A stretch of 63,727 nucleotides of DNA, the filler included, from Deltaproteobacteria bacterium (GTDB taxonomy: Bacteria > Myxococcota > JACRCW01): NCBI GenBank assembly GCA_016218805.1. It is 4 parts of 4 records of this genome, joined end to end, with 100 filler letters (N's around TTAATTAATTAA, not from the genome) between each part and the next. Parts side by side here need not be neighbours in the genome. Positions count along the whole stretch, not along the records: positions 1 to 20,775 come from JACRCW010000154.1; positions 20,876 to 38,035 come from JACRCW010000162.1; 2 more parts are not named here. One strand, given 5' to 3'. Each line of letters opens with the position of its first letter. Within the stretch, counting starts at the first letter, position 1. Below the pieces are notes generated by a model. That model ran no database searches. It was not told where the DNA came from and worked only from the letters and a program-made list of their open reading frames with translations. The position numbers and the translations under genes were made by a program. Positions 11,264 through 21,598 of the stretch are shown piece after piece.

Positions 11264-11441
11264 CGCGGGCGGTCAGATAAGGACCTGCCCGCGCGCTGTC
11301 AAGCCGGATCCGGCCGCCTCCCGGCTGTCCGGCATCATGTTGAAATGGCTGATGGTTATTGCCATCACCTCCGGCAGTTGCAGGCGTGCCTCCCGGCCGC
11401 CGCGCTGGCTCCATCCCCGCCTTAAGGTCTGCATTACGGAC

Positions 11442-14400
11442 TTACGGCAGGCGCGTGGACAGCTCCGCGTTGTCCAGCGCCACGCTCCAGACGGCCACCT
11501 GGTCCAGGGCGCCGGTGAACCCGCCGCCCAGCGTCCATTCGCCCGCGGGGATGGCGGTGGAGCCCAGCGTGACGCGCTTGGTGACAACGGGGGAAGCGTC
11601 CAGCCACAGCGTGGCATCCGGCGAGCTCCACGTGAGCGCCACGTGGTGCCACCCGGACGGCAGCGGCGTGGGCGCCCGCAGGTCCACGCGGCCCGCCGTC
11701 CCGGCCACGGAGGCCTGCAGGACCGGAACGCCCGGCGCAATCCCCGCGGACTCCCGGGACAGGCCCAGCGCCAGACCGGGGCCGTCAGGCAGGATGGGAA
11801 CGCGCCGGACCCACAGCTTGCCGCCCGCGGAGGCGGACGGGCCCAGGTACAGCGCGCGCCCGTCAAAGATGATGCTGGCGTGCCCGCAATCATCCGCCAG
11901 GTGCAGCACGGACCAGCTGGCCAGGTCCCGGAAGTCACCGCGCGTGTCCAGGCGCACCAGGTTGCAGCGCGCGCCGCTGACCGGCGGGGCCAGGTAGATG
12001 TAGCGGCCGTCAAACACGCCAAAATGATACGGGCCCATGCTCAGCGTGCCGTTGTCCAGCGTGCGCGTATCCAGCGCGCTCCACGCGCTGGAGTCTGTGA
12101 AGGGGCGCGCCGTGTCATACCGCGCGACGACGCCATGGTACGGGTCCACGCCGGACGCGGTGGCGGAGGACGGCAGGTAGTAGACGTAGCGCCCGTCGGT
12201 GACGGCGCCCACGTCATTGCCCGCGTCCAGCCCGGAGATGCTGCCGCGTGAGGTCACCGCCCAGGCCAGCGTGGAGCCAAAGGGCAGGGCGTTGTCCACG
12301 CGCAGGTAGTGACGCGCCTGGACGTTCACGCCGTCATAGTGCGGCGCAAAGTACGTGAACCGCCCCACCGTGGTCCCGCCGGCGAACGCCACCGACGAGG
12401 GCACGCCCAGGGAAACGGGGTCCATCACCGTCCACGCCGACGGTGAGGAGAAGCCCCGGGACGGGTCCAGCCGCAGGAACACGCCGCCGAACCCGACGCC
12501 CGCGCGCACGTACGGCGGGAAATACACGTAGGTCCCGTCCGTCACCGCGGTGAGATAGCCCTCCGCGCGCGGGTCCACCCGCGCCTTCACGTCAAACACC
12601 TCCCACGCCGCGGGGTCCGTGAACGGCTGGGCGGTGTTGTAGCGGACCACGTTGCCGTGGGACGTGTGCGCGCCCGCCACGAGCCCGTTGTAGACCGGGG
12701 GAAAGTACACGTGGCGTCCCAGCAATACCGGCTGGCCAAACCCGCGCGCCGCGGGAACGGTGGCGCCCAGGTCAAACAGCTCCCACGCCGCAGGGTCGGC
12801 AAGAGCGCGGCGCGTGTCATGGCGGACGAAGCGACCGGACCAGGGGTCCTGCCCGGCCGATGCGCCCTGCCAGGCGTGCGGCGACAGGTAGAAGTATTGC
12901 CCGTCAAATGCGCCACCCCAATAGCCCTGCGCCTGCGGCAGCACCGTGGGGACTTCCACCGCCGTCACCGGGCCCGCGGGCAGCGGGCCGGGGACCCCCA
13001 GGGAACTCAGTACGGTGGCCACCGGCCCCACCGGCCCTTCCACGTTGACCCAGGCCTCCGCGGTGAACGCGCCGGGCAACGCGGGGCCGGAGGGGACGGA
13101 CAGCGCGGCGGCAGGTGAGGGGAGCGCCGCGCTTCCGGCGTACGCGGCGGAGGGCCCGGTCCCCGTGGTGGCGCCAGCCAGCCGCGCGTCATGCCCGTGA
13201 CCGGAGCTGTCACGGCGGTCCGGCAACTGCGCGTCAGCGGTGACGGTGGCAGCCGGGACCGCGCGCATGGACGCCCGCGCGTCATCCAGGGAACCGCGCA
13301 GCGACGCGCCCCACGCCAGCGCCTGACCGGCGGGTAGGGGGACGCCGGTGGCGGGGGTGCTGGCGCGGGCGGTGCCGTCCACGTACAGGCCCAGCGCCGC
13401 GCCGTCATAGGTCAGCGCCACGTGGTGCCAGTCCCCGTCCGTGGGCGTGGGCGCGGTCACGGTGAAGCGCGCGGCGGCCGTCCCCAGGTAGCCCGTGATC
13501 ATGGGCGCGCCACCGCCCCAGCCCTGTTGCGCCAGGTTCCACCACAGGCCCCACGCGCTGCCCTCCGGGCGCGTGTCCAGCCGCACCAGGCGCCCGGCGG
13601 TGGCCGCCCCCCACGCGGACGGCGCCCACCACACGTTGCGCCCGTCAAAGACGCCGCCGGTGTACTGCGCGTCCACGGCGCTGGTGGGGCTGTCCTCCAC
13701 CGCCCAGGCAAGCGTGGAGGTGAAGCTCCGCGTCGTGTCGTAGCGCAGCATGAGGCCGGCCACCGTCTGGGAGCCTTCGGCCACAAACCGGATGAAGCGC
13801 CCGTCATGCACCGCGCCGCGGAAGCTCCGTCCCGGTGCCAGCGCGGCCAGGTCCATCGTCGTCACGCCGCCCCTGGAACCAAACGGCACCGTGGTGTCCA
13901 GCCGCAGGAACAGCGGCCTGCCGTACGGCAGGATGTACACGTAACGCCCGTCAAAGATGCCGCCGTGGCTGCCCATGGACCCGCCGGTCCACGGGGTCAG
14001 GTCCAGGACGGACCACGCGGCCGCGGTCTGCAGGTCCACCTCCGTGTCCAGCCGCAGCACGCGCCCGTGGAACCCCAGCAGCGGGGACCACCACGGCATG
14101 AAGTACACGTACCGCCCGTCAGAGACGCAGCCCACAAACCCGCTGGCCGCCGTCCCCGGGTACAGCGCGGCCACGTCCACAACGGTGCGCGAGGACGGGT
14201 CAGCGAACAACGCGGGATTGGCCGTGGACTGCCGCACCACGACGGCACTGCCGCCGGTGGCGCTGGGTGACCCGGCGGGGACGGTGAGCTCCGGTGCGGC
14301 GTAAACGTCGCGCCCGTCCGTGCACGCGCCCAGGTAGACGTCTGCGTTGGTGGGCGTGGACCAGTCCCCGGTCACCCATGATGAGGCCGCGGTGAAGTCT

Positions 14401-15401
14401 CCGCGCGCGTCCAGGCGCAAGAACCGCCGCACGTACTGCGTACCGTCATGATGCTGCTGGAAGTACACGTACCGCCCCACGGTGATGGTTCCCGCAAAGT
14501 GGGTGAACGGCCCGCCGGGGAGCGTGCCAAGGTCAAACACGGTGGTGGAACCGGTGGCGCCCCAGGGCACCTTGGTGTCCACGCGCAGCACACGCGTGTG
14601 ACCCCACGGCGGAAAGTAGAGGTAGCGGCCGTCAAAGCCGGGCGCGAAGAACGCGCCACCGGAGGACACCGGCGCCGCGGCCGTGTCCAGCGCGGCGGCG
14701 GGGCCGGGCGCGTCCGGGGGCAGCCCGCGCTCCACCACCAGCGAGGGTGCCATGGCGGACCCGGGTGCGGCGCGCACCCACGCTTCCGCCGCAAACCCGT
14801 TGCCCTCCAGCGCTGCGGAGCCCGCGGCCACGGCGCGGCCGGACGGATCCACCAGGCGCAGCGCCGCCCCGTCCAGCCCGGGATGCTGCGCGCGCGCCGT
14901 GCCCGCGCCCACGGCGCCGGGCAGCGCGCCCGCGGTGGTCCACACGTTGGCGAACAGGCCTGCGCCTTCGTCATCAAACGTCCACCGCCCACCCGTCCCC
15001 TCTGGCGCTGCGGCGGGTGGCCCGTCCAGGGGCAGCAGCATCTCCAGGCCTGCGCGCGGGCCGCTGAGGGGCCCCGCTCCGGCAGAGGAGGACTGCGGCG
15101 CGGCGGAGGAGGAAACGCCCGCACTCAGGGAGGAACCGGCGGCGGACGCACTGCTTGCGGACAAACCCGGCTCGGAGGTGGCGCCGCTGCCTGATGACCA
15201 TCCGGCCGACGTGCCGGCGGTGGATGGGGAGCCCGACGACGAGGAACCGCCCGTTGCCCCGGCGGGGCGGCACCGCTCGGCCACGCAGCGGTTGGCCGGG
15301 TCACAATCCGCGTCGGCGCGGCAGGGCGCGTCCGGCAGGCACGCGGTGGCCAGCCACCCGACGGGCAGGGCGGCCACCGCCCACGCGCGGCTCACAGCCA
15401 T
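11442..15401 (-). CDS. Lipoprotein with two LamG-like domains, each interrupted by a (F)DGRYVYF-repeat beta-propeller
   Basis: MAVSRAW...WLATAC lipobox, then a Cys module and Ser-rich linker. LamG halves F(A/T)AEAWV and WHHVALT(Y/W)...G(S/A)LD occur twice, with about 12 G..(F/T)DGRY(V/I)Y repeats. Confidence 0.8.
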   Translation of the reverse strand: MAVSRAWAVAALPVGWLATACLPDAPCRADADCDPANRCVAERCRPAGATGGSSSSGSPSTAGTSAGWSSGSGATSEPGLSASSASAAGSSLSAGVSSSAAPQSSSAGAGPLSGPRAGLEMLLPLDGPPAAAPEGTGGRWTFDDEGAGLFANVWTTAGALPGAVGAGTARAQHPGLDGAALRLVDPSGRAVAAGSAALEGNGFAAEAWVRAAPGSAMAPSLVVERGLPPDAPGPAAALDTAAAPVSSGGAFFAPGFDGRYLYFPPWGHTRVLRVDTKVPWGATGSTTVFDLGTLPGGPFTHFAGTITVGRYVYFQQHHDGTQYVRRFLRLDARGDFTAASSWVTGDWSTPTNADVYLGACTDGRDVYAAPELTVPAGSPSATGGSAVVVRQSTANPALFADPSSRTVVDVAALYPGTAASGFVGCVSDGRYVYFMPWWSPLLGFHGRVLRLDTEVDLQTAAAWSVLDLTPWTGGSMGSHGGIFDGRYVYILPYGRPLFLRLDTTVPFGSRGGVTTMDLAALAPGRSFRGAVHDGRFIRFVAEGSQTVAGLMLRYDTTRSFTSTLAWAVEDSPTSAVDAQYTGGVFDGRNVWWAPSAWGAATAGRLVRLDTRPEGSAWGLWWNLAQQGWGGGAPMITGYLGTAAARFTVTAPTPTDGDWHHVALTYDGAALGLYVDGTARASTPATGVPLPAGQALAWGASLRGSLDDARASMRAVPAATVTADAQLPDRRDSSGHGHDARLAGATTGTGPSAAYAGSAALPSPAAALSVPSGPALPGAFTAEAWVNVEGPVGPVATVLSSLGVPGPLPAGPVTAVEVPTVLPQAQGYWGGAFDGQYFYLSPHAWQGASAGQDPWSGRFVRHDTRRALADPAAWELFDLGATVPAARGFGQPVLLGRHVYFPPVYNGLVAGAHTSHGNVVRYNTAQPFTDPAAWEVFDVKARVDPRAEGYLTAVTDGTYVYFPPYVRAGVGFGGVFLRLDPSRGFSSPSAWTVMDPVSLGVPSSVAFAGGTTVGRFTYFAPHYDGVNVQARHYLRVDNALPFGSTLAWAVTSRGSISGLDAGNDVGAVTDGRYVYYLPSSATASGVDPYHGVVARYDTARPFTDSSAWSALDTRTLDNGTLSMGPYHFGVFDGRYIYLAPPVSGARCNLVRLDTRGDFRDLASWSVLHLADDCGHASIIFDGRALYLGPSASAGGKLWVRRVPILPDGPGLALGLSRESAGIAPGVPVLQASVAGTAGRVDLRAPTPLPSGWHHVALTWSSPDATLWLDASPVVTKRVTLGSTAIPAGEWTLGGGFTGALDQVAVWSVALDNAELSTRLP

Positions 15402-16204
15402 GCCGTCACCCACGCTGTTCCCGTGGCCGCGGTGGCGGACGCCAGGGCCACCACCACGCCCGTGATGCCCGCGGCCACGCCGGCCCACACCACGCCCTGC
15501 AGCGGACGCCGGTAGCGGTCCAGCCCCGGCACCGTGGCAAACACGGCGTACGTGGTGCTGGCGGCACCCAACCCGGCCGCCGCCACCGCAGCGCCGCTGA
15601 CGGCGAGTCCCAGCCACACGCCGCCCACCACCCGCACCACGCGTGCGGCCATCGGCGCTGCGGGGGGCGGCGGTCTGCCTGTGGTCACCGCCGGTGCGGG
15701 CGGCGGCGCGGCCGGCGGTGCGCTGCCGCCGCGTCCCGGGCCCAGCACCTCCACGGCGGTCTCCGTCACCATGCGCTCCACCGCCACGGCGGCCGTGGCA
15801 ACGTCAACGGCCTCAGTTTCGCGGGACCGCGCCGTGGTGCCCAGCCGCACGTCAAACCACCGCACCGCGGCGCCCACCCGCCCCGGCATGGGGTGCACGT
15901 CCACCAGTACCGCCACGTCCACGCCCAGCGGCCGCAGCAGCCCAGCGCGGCAGGCGTCCGTGCTGCAGCGGCGCAGCCCGTCAATGAGGTCCGCCGGCAC
16001 CAGCAACTCCAGCTCCGCGCCTTCCACCACGCGCTCCAGCTGCCCGCCCGCGCGCAGGCCGGCGGCGCCGGAGGCTTCCACGCGGTGGCCGTCCCCCTCC
16101 GGCAGCACGCCCCCGGGAATCACCACCACGCAGCCCACGCGCGGCGGGAGCGTCTCGCCCGTCTGCGCCACGACGGCCAACAACGCCACGAGGAGGGAGG
16201 ACAT
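15392..16204 (-). CDS. Hypothetical secreted/membrane protein with a Pro-rich linker and C-terminal TM hairpin
   Basis: MSSLLVALLAVVAQ N-terminus, CSTDACRAG motif, two C-terminal hydrophobic segments; the stop overlaps the next gene start. Confidence 0.6.
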   Translation of the reverse strand: MSSLLVALLAVVAQTGETLPPRVGCVVVIPGGVLPEGDGHRVEASGAAGLRAGGQLERVVEGAELELLVPADLIDGLRRCSTDACRAGLLRPLGVDVAVLVDVHPMPGRVGAAVRWFDVRLGTTARSRETEAVDVATAAVAVERMVTETAVEVLGPGRGGSAPPAAPPPAPAVTTGRPPPPAAPMAARVVRVVGGVWLGLAVSGAAVAAAGLGAASTTYAVFATVPGLDRYRRPLQGVVWAGVAAGITGVVVALASATAATGTAWVTAWL

Positions 16205-16259
16205 GGGCCGCCGAGGGTAGTTCAGCCGGGCCCGCCGCGGCCACATGCCGGGCAGGCGG

Positions 16260-17546
16260 TCAGCCCTCCAGCGCGCGCGCCGGGTCCACGTTGGCGGCGG
16301 CGCGGGCGGGCGGCCAGGCGCCAAGTGCCGCGCACCCCAGCGCCAGCAGCACTGCCCCCCCAACAAGCCACGCCGGGAACGCGAACCAACTCTCCGGTTG
16401 GAACGGGATCTTGGGCAGCAGCCGCGCCGACAGGTGGTCCGCCGCCAGCGCGGCGCCCGTCCCCAACGCCACGCCCGCCAGCGCCGCCACCAGGCCCATC
16501 CCCAGCGCCTCCGCCAGGATCAGGTGCCGGATGTCGGCCCGGGTCGCACCCACCGCGCGCATGAGGCCCAGTTCGCGGCGGCGGGATTGCACGCGCGCGG
16601 CCAGCGTCTGCGCCACGTTGAAGCCCGCCACCACCAGGATGAGCACGGCCACCGCCACCCACGTCATCATGAGCGCCAGCACCATGTTGGACGCCAGCTT
16701 GGCGTTCTGCTCCACCGTGTAACCCATGGACTCGGCGGCCTTGACCACATCCGTGAGCGCCGCGCCGTCACGCGTGACAATGTACGCGCTGGAGTAGCCC
16801 TTCTGGTCCTGCTCCGCCCAGCGCCGGTTCCACCGCTCCACCGTCGCCCGCGGCACCGTGATGCCCAGCATCATCGCGCGCTCGCTCACGGCCACCACCT
16901 GCACGGTGAGCCGCTCGCCACCGGTGTTGCGGCCGCTGCTGAAGGACTCGCCCAGCACCAGCGTGAAGGCAAACCCCAGCGTGGCTTCTTCCGTGAGACC
17001 CGGGATCCCCAGCGAGGGAGCCACCGCGCGGTTGAACAGCTCCAGCAGCTGCCGGCTGACCACGGCGGGGATGGGCCCGGCGGGGTTGTCCGCAAACACC
17101 GTCCCCGGCGGCAGGTCATCCTTGAGAAACTCCGCATCCACGCCGGAGGCAAACACGTCCGTGTGCACGTCCCGCCCCAACAGCGACCGCCCGCCCAGCG
17201 CGCGCATGGGGAACAGCGCGGCGGTGCGCGGAAACACGCGCTCCACGCCGGGCAGATCGCGTAGGTTCTGCAAAGCCGCGTCGTCCAGCGGGCGGATGAC
17301 CAGCTCGCTCCCGTCAAACTTGAGGAACCCCACCGGCACGCCGCCCCGCGGGCGGATCTCCACCGTGCCAATGGGCAGGCGCGCCAGCGCGCGGCCCAGG
17401 AAGCCTTCGCGGATGCCCACGCCCAGCGCGGAGAAGAACACCAGCGCGCCAATGCCCAGCGCAATCCCCAGCGCGCCACCCACCAGAGCCCCGGGAGCGC
17501 GCCGGGCGTCCTCCGCCACCGCGCGGGCCAGCGCGCCGGGGGTCAT
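16260..17546 (-). CDS. ABC transporter permease (MacB/FtsX/LolE family)
   Basis: N-terminal TM, periplasmic domain, RRRELGLMRAVGATRADIRHLILAEA, and a C-terminal WPPARAAANVDPARALE. Confidence 0.92.
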   Translation of the reverse strand: MTPGALARAVAEDARRAPGALVGGALGIALGIGALVFFSALGVGIREGFLGRALARLPIGTVEIRPRGGVPVGFLKFDGSELVIRPLDDAALQNLRDLPGVERVFPRTAALFPMRALGGRSLLGRDVHTDVFASGVDAEFLKDDLPPGTVFADNPAGPIPAVVSRQLLELFNRAVAPSLGIPGLTEEATLGFAFTLVLGESFSSGRNTGGERLTVQVVAVSERAMMLGITVPRATVERWNRRWAEQDQKGYSSAYIVTRDGAALTDVVKAAESMGYTVEQNAKLASNMVLALMMTWVAVAVLILVVAGFNVAQTLAARVQSRRRELGLMRAVGATRADIRHLILAEALGMGLVAALAGVALGTGAALAADHLSARLLPKIPFQPESWFAFPAWLVGGAVLLALGCAALGAWPPARAAANVDPARALEG

Positions 17547-18226
17547 GCCGCCTCCTCGGTGACGCCGCCGTCCGCCAGCAGCAGCCGCCGGGTGGCCCGC
17601 GCGGCCACCGCCGGATCATGCGTCACCACCATGACCGCGCTCCCCGCCTCCAGCACCAGCCGCGCCAGCACGTCCAGCACGCCGTCCGCCGTGGCCCGGT
17701 CCAGGTTCCCGGTGGGCTCGTCCGCCAGCACCAGCCGCGGTTGCATCAGCAGCGCCCGCGCACTGGCCACGCGTTGCCGCTCCCCGCCGGACAGCCCCGC
17801 CGGCGTGGCGTCGGCGCGGTCGCCCAGGCCCACCTCAGTCAGCAGCGCGCGCGCGCGCGCTGGCGTCCCCGCCCGCTCCGCGGCGCTGCAGAACCGCGCC
17901 GGCAGCAGCACGTTGCCCAGCAGCGTGAGGTGCTCCACCAGGTGGAACGCCTGGAACACCATGCCCACCACCGTGCGTCGCATCGCGGAGCGCTCGGTGT
18001 CCCCCAACGCGCGCACGTCACGCCCGTCCACCAGCACGCTCCCGTCAAACGCCAGGTCCAATCCGCCCGCCAGGTTCAGCAGCGTGGTCTTCCCGCAACC
18101 GCTCCGCCCGCGCACCGCCACCGTCTCCCCGGCCGCCACGGTGAACGACAGGCCGTCGAACAGCACGCGCGGTGGCCTGCCCACGCGCTTGGTCACGCCG
18201 GACAGGGTCAGCACCGGGGTGGTCAT
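17543..18226 (-). CDS. ABC transporter ATP-binding protein (LolD/MacB-like)
   Basis: GRSGCGKTT Walker A, LSGGERQR signature, LADEPTGNLD, VTHD; ATGA overlaps at both ends. Confidence 0.95.
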   Translation of the reverse strand: MTTPVLTLSGVTKRVGRPPRVLFDGLSFTVAAGETVAVRGRSGCGKTTLLNLAGGLDLAFDGSVLVDGRDVRALGDTERSAMRRTVVGMVFQAFHLVEHLTLLGNVLLPARFCSAAERAGTPARARALLTEVGLGDRADATPAGLSGGERQRVASARALLMQPRLVLADEPTGNLDRATADGVLDVLARLVLEAGSAVMVVTHDPAVAARATRRLLLADGGVTEEAA

Positions 18227-19863
18227 TTCGGCCCCGCCGCGGTGGACCAGTCCACCGCCAACGTCAGGCGCAGCCCGTCCCCGTCCGGCGCCAGCACCAG
18301 CCGCACGCCCGCCAGCGCCCCCAGCTGTGCGCGGACCTTGCGCAGGATGCTCTGGATGGACAGCGCCTCCGCGTCCGTGCCCAGGTCCTGCCGAAGCACG
18401 CCGTCCAGCACCTCCGCCGCCTGGTGGGTCCGCAGCAACAGCGTGCTGGCGCCTTCTTGCGCGAACGCCGCCGTGGTGGCCGCGTCCAACGCCGCCGCGG
18501 GCTGCGTGCCGCGCAGCCGCGCCACCGCGCGCAGAAAGCGTGCGTCGCTGCCGCCGCCCACAAGCACCACCCCCCGCTCCGTCGCCAGGAACCACCGCTT
18601 CCACGCGGGCCCACCGGGGAAGTTGGCCACCTCCACCGCCCCATCCGACGGGTGAGCGGTCAGCGTCACGCCGCGCGCGCGCATGCGCTCCCGGATGCGG
18701 TCCACCAGCGTCTGCGGCGTCACGCCTGGACCGGGCCGCATCACCACCACAAACGGCGCCACGCGCATCAGCTGCGAACGCACGTCCCACCCGCCGCGCA
18801 GGACCTCGGCCCACGCCGTGGGCTCCAAGGTGTACAGCGCACCCGCGTAGTTCCCGTCCGTGAGGCCCAGGATGCCCTCTTCCAGGTCCACCCCCGCGCG
18901 CCCCGCCTGCTTGCGCACGCCGGCCAGCGCGGTGGGGTCCACGCCGTCGGCCACGGACCGCGCCGTGTCCCACGCCAGCGCCCCGCGCCCCAGCGCCACC
19001 GCGTCCGCGTCCACCACCGCGGTCAGCGGCACGGCGCCTCCCGGCGGGAACAGCCCTGCCCGCACGCCCGCGCGCCGCTCTTCCGTGAGCGCCAGCCACG
19101 CGTCCCACGCCGCGCCCGCGGAAGTGGCCGTCACGCCGCCCGCCGCCAGGCGCACCAGCTTGCCGGCGTTGGCGCTCTTCTCGCCCAGCTTGGCGGCGTA
19201 CGCCGTCTGCACCAGGAAGCGCACCGGCGCGGTCCCGGCGCGCGGCCTGGCCTCCGCGGCGGCGGCGCTGCGCCCCAGAGAGGCTGCGGGCACCACGCGC
19301 GCCAGCGCCTCCAGCTGCGCCCGGCAGTCCTTGCCCGTCGTGAGAACCGCCACCTCCGCGCCCAGGCCCACACAGAACACCGGGACCTGCCGGCTCCCAA
19401 ACGGCCGCGCGTACTGCCGCGCCTTCCACTCACCCGCGCCGAATTCCTCCACGCGGTCCGCGCCCTGCAGGTCCTTGCCCAGGTGGTGCAACGCCGTGGT
19501 CAGCGCCCCGGCGTCCTGCACCGGGAGCCACAGGCCAAACCCGCTGGCCAGCACCGCCGCCGCCCACGGCCCCTCCGGGCGGATGCCGGCGGCCGCCAGG
19601 CCTTCGGGCGTGGTGGCGTCAAAGCCCAGCTGTTCAGCCAGCTGCGCGCGTGCGGCGCCGGGCCGCGTGCCGTCCAGGCGCGCCAGCAGCGCGGCGGCGG
19701 CACCCGTGGCAGCCGAGGCGCGCTCGCCCCACAGCGCGGCGTGCACATCAGCGGGCACGCGCTCCAGCGCGTCAGGCGGCGGCGCAGGGGGCGTGGCGGG
19801 CCGGCGGCACTGGCAGCCCAGCAGGCCCACCGCGCACAGCCACCAGGCAAGGTTGCGTCTCAT
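18223..19863 (-). CDS. Hypothetical lipoprotein
   Basis: MRRNLAWWLCAVGLLGC lipobox; long ORF in host codon usage, coupled to the ABC ATPase. Confidence 0.75.
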   Translation of the reverse strand: MRRNLAWWLCAVGLLGCQCRRPATPPAPPPDALERVPADVHAALWGERASAATGAAAALLARLDGTRPGAARAQLAEQLGFDATTPEGLAAAGIRPEGPWAAAVLASGFGLWLPVQDAGALTTALHHLGKDLQGADRVEEFGAGEWKARQYARPFGSRQVPVFCVGLGAEVAVLTTGKDCRAQLEALARVVPAASLGRSAAAAEARPRAGTAPVRFLVQTAYAAKLGEKSANAGKLVRLAAGGVTATSAGAAWDAWLALTEERRAGVRAGLFPPGGAVPLTAVVDADAVALGRGALAWDTARSVADGVDPTALAGVRKQAGRAGVDLEEGILGLTDGNYAGALYTLEPTAWAEVLRGGWDVRSQLMRVAPFVVVMRPGPGVTPQTLVDRIRERMRARGVTLTAHPSDGAVEVANFPGGPAWKRWFLATERGVVLVGGGSDARFLRAVARLRGTQPAAALDAATTAAFAQEGASTLLLRTHQAAEVLDGVLRQDLGTDAEALSIQSILRKVRAQLGALAGVRLVLAPDGDGLRLTLAVDWSTAAGPK

Positions 19864-19910
19864 CAGGGTCACCGCGCAGTGGGACGGGTGTGCCCGCGCA
19901 GGCATTCAGC

Positions 19911-20708
19911 TCAATGATTTCCAATGTGCTGCATGCAGAACTCGGTGGGCTTGCCGCCGCACTTCTCGCAGATGCAGATGCGGAACTCCGCGCGCGGGTC
20001 CTGCGCGCTGGAGAGCCCGCACGCTTTGCACTGCCGCACCCCGGGGCGGGTGTCACTGGCCTCCACCTTGAAGCGCGTGAACTCCTTGGAGCGGCGGGCC
20101 TGCCGCACGTAGCGGCGGACCATGTCCACCAACTCCGGCGCAAAGAACACCAGATAATTGGCCACTGCCAGCACCGGCATCAGCTTGGCTTCTCCCGGCA
20201 GCCGCCCCACCTCGGCCGCCAGGGCCAGCACGTCCAGCAGCGCCAGCCATTTCACCTTGATGGGCAGGATGAAAAACACCAGGATCGTGTACTCGGGCCA
20301 CAGCGTCGCAAACGCGAGGAACAGCGCCATCACCAGATACGTGCCGGTTGCCGGGATGCCCAGCAGCAGGGCAAACGTCGTCGTGAACACCATGCCCAGC
20401 AGCCAGAACACCTGGTACTTGAAATGCCCCCATTGGGCCTCCAGGTTGGTGCCCATGATGTACAGCCAGTACACTGCAAACAGCCCCCACAGCGGGCTGA
20501 CCGACGCTGGAATCAACACGTAGGTGAACAATCGCCACAGTTCGCCGGCCAGAATGCGCTCCCGGTCCATCACCAGCAGCTGCGAAAACCCGGGCTTCCC
20601 CAGCTCCAGCACCAGCACCAGGCCCTGTGCCGCGACGAGGTAATAGGTCAGCCCGGAGATCGCGTAGCGGCCCCAGCGGCGCTCCAGGCGAGCCAGCATG
20701 CGGTCCAT
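19911..20708 (-). CDS. Rhomboid-superfamily (derlin-like) membrane protein with a C-terminal Cys/His zinc-binding motif
   Basis: GELWRLFTY WR motif, several TM helices, CKACG...CICEKC...CMQH; no GxSG catalytic motif seen. Confidence 0.7.
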   Translation of the reverse strand: MDRMLARLERRWGRYAISGLTYYLVAAQGLVLVLELGKPGFSQLLVMDRERILAGELWRLFTYVLIPASVSPLWGLFAVYWLYIMGTNLEAQWGHFKYQVFWLLGMVFTTTFALLLGIPATGTYLVMALFLAFATLWPEYTILVFFILPIKVKWLALLDVLALAAEVGRLPGEAKLMPVLAVANYLVFFAPELVDMVRRYVRQARRSKEFTRFKVEASDTRPGVRQCKACGLSSAQDPRAEFRICICEKCGGKPTEFCMQHIGNH

Positions 20709-20775
20709 GGGTTCACCCCGGGTTGACGTACTGAAGGTCAGCGGCGCGCGCCGGGTCCGCCCTTGCGCAGCTCCG

Positions 20776-20875
20776 NNNNNNNNNNNNNNNNNNNNNNNNN
20801 NNNNNNNNNNNNNNNNNNNTTAATTAATTAANNNNNNNNNNNNNNNNNNNNNNNNNNNNNNNNNNNNNNNNNNNN
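20776..20875. other. Artificial contig spacer
   Basis: N run with a central TTAATTAATTAA (stops in all six frames). Confidence 0.99.
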
Positions 20876-21168
20876 ACCTCCCGCGGCGAGCCCGGGGCCC
20901 GAGTGATCGTCTGGGGCGGTACCAGGACGTCACCAGCTGGACACGGATCCGGAAGGACATCCGTCAGCGGACCCGCATCAAACTCCTCGCGAAGGCCGCA
21001 ATTGGGTGCCGCGGGGGCGAACGGTGAAACGAACGGGCTCCCTGCGTCCACGTGTTCATGCTCGTGTTCGCGCGAGCGTTCGTCATCGTCGTCAGGCAAG
21101 CACGGTCCTGGCCCCATTACCGCCCCAGCAGCCAGAACCAACACAAGAGGTCGGTTCAACTCACGCAT
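20876..21168 (-). CDS. Partial secreted hypothetical protein (runs off the contig end)
   Basis: MRELNRPLVLVLAAGAVM hydrophobic N-terminus and DAG linkers typical of the other secreted proteins here. Confidence 0.4.
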
Positions 21169-21598
21169 GGGTTTGGAACCTAAAGCAGTCTGCCGGACCG
21201 GCGCGATGTGGGAATTTGGCGACAAACCGACGCTGGTGCAGCCGTTTGGCTGAAAACCAAGACAGTTCGGGGAGATCGCGCAGCTCCTGCAACCCGCGCA
21301 ATAGGGTTTCCGCGCGGATCCCCAACCGCGGGTGTCTTGCGTGCCGCCGCGCGGATCGCACGCGCGGCCGGGCCGCTGGAACGCGGTGGTGGAGGAGGCC
21401 GTCGGCGAACACCGCGGCTGGTTGCGGACGTTCATTCGTTCTTGGACGGAGAGACGGATGGGGTCCTCCCGCAAGACGAGTATTGGTGCCACTCGCAAGT
21501 TGAGAACCGCCTGGACGCCATCCTGAAGCGCGTGGTGGGCCGTCCCACCAGCAAGTACAGAAGGGAGGTGAGACCTGCTGCCCCGGCCCCTCCCTGTC

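Noticed and set aside
17543..19429. 628-aa version of the ABC ATPase, and similarly extended groES, LamG and Cys-repeat ORFs
   Set aside because: The N-terminal extensions overlap real upstream genes or regulatory sites; downstream starts fit RBS, overlap and lipobox positions better.
20776..20875. TTAATTAATTAA palindrome inside N runs (also 38036-38135 and 57072-57171)
   Set aside because: Artificial six-frame-stop linkers. They are not biological, and gene neighbourhoods across them mean nothing.
21410..21570. Protein-like peptide (LPQDEYWCHSQVENRLDAILKRVVG) upstream of hsdR
   Set aside because: It might be a gene fragment, but I cannot assign a start or a family.
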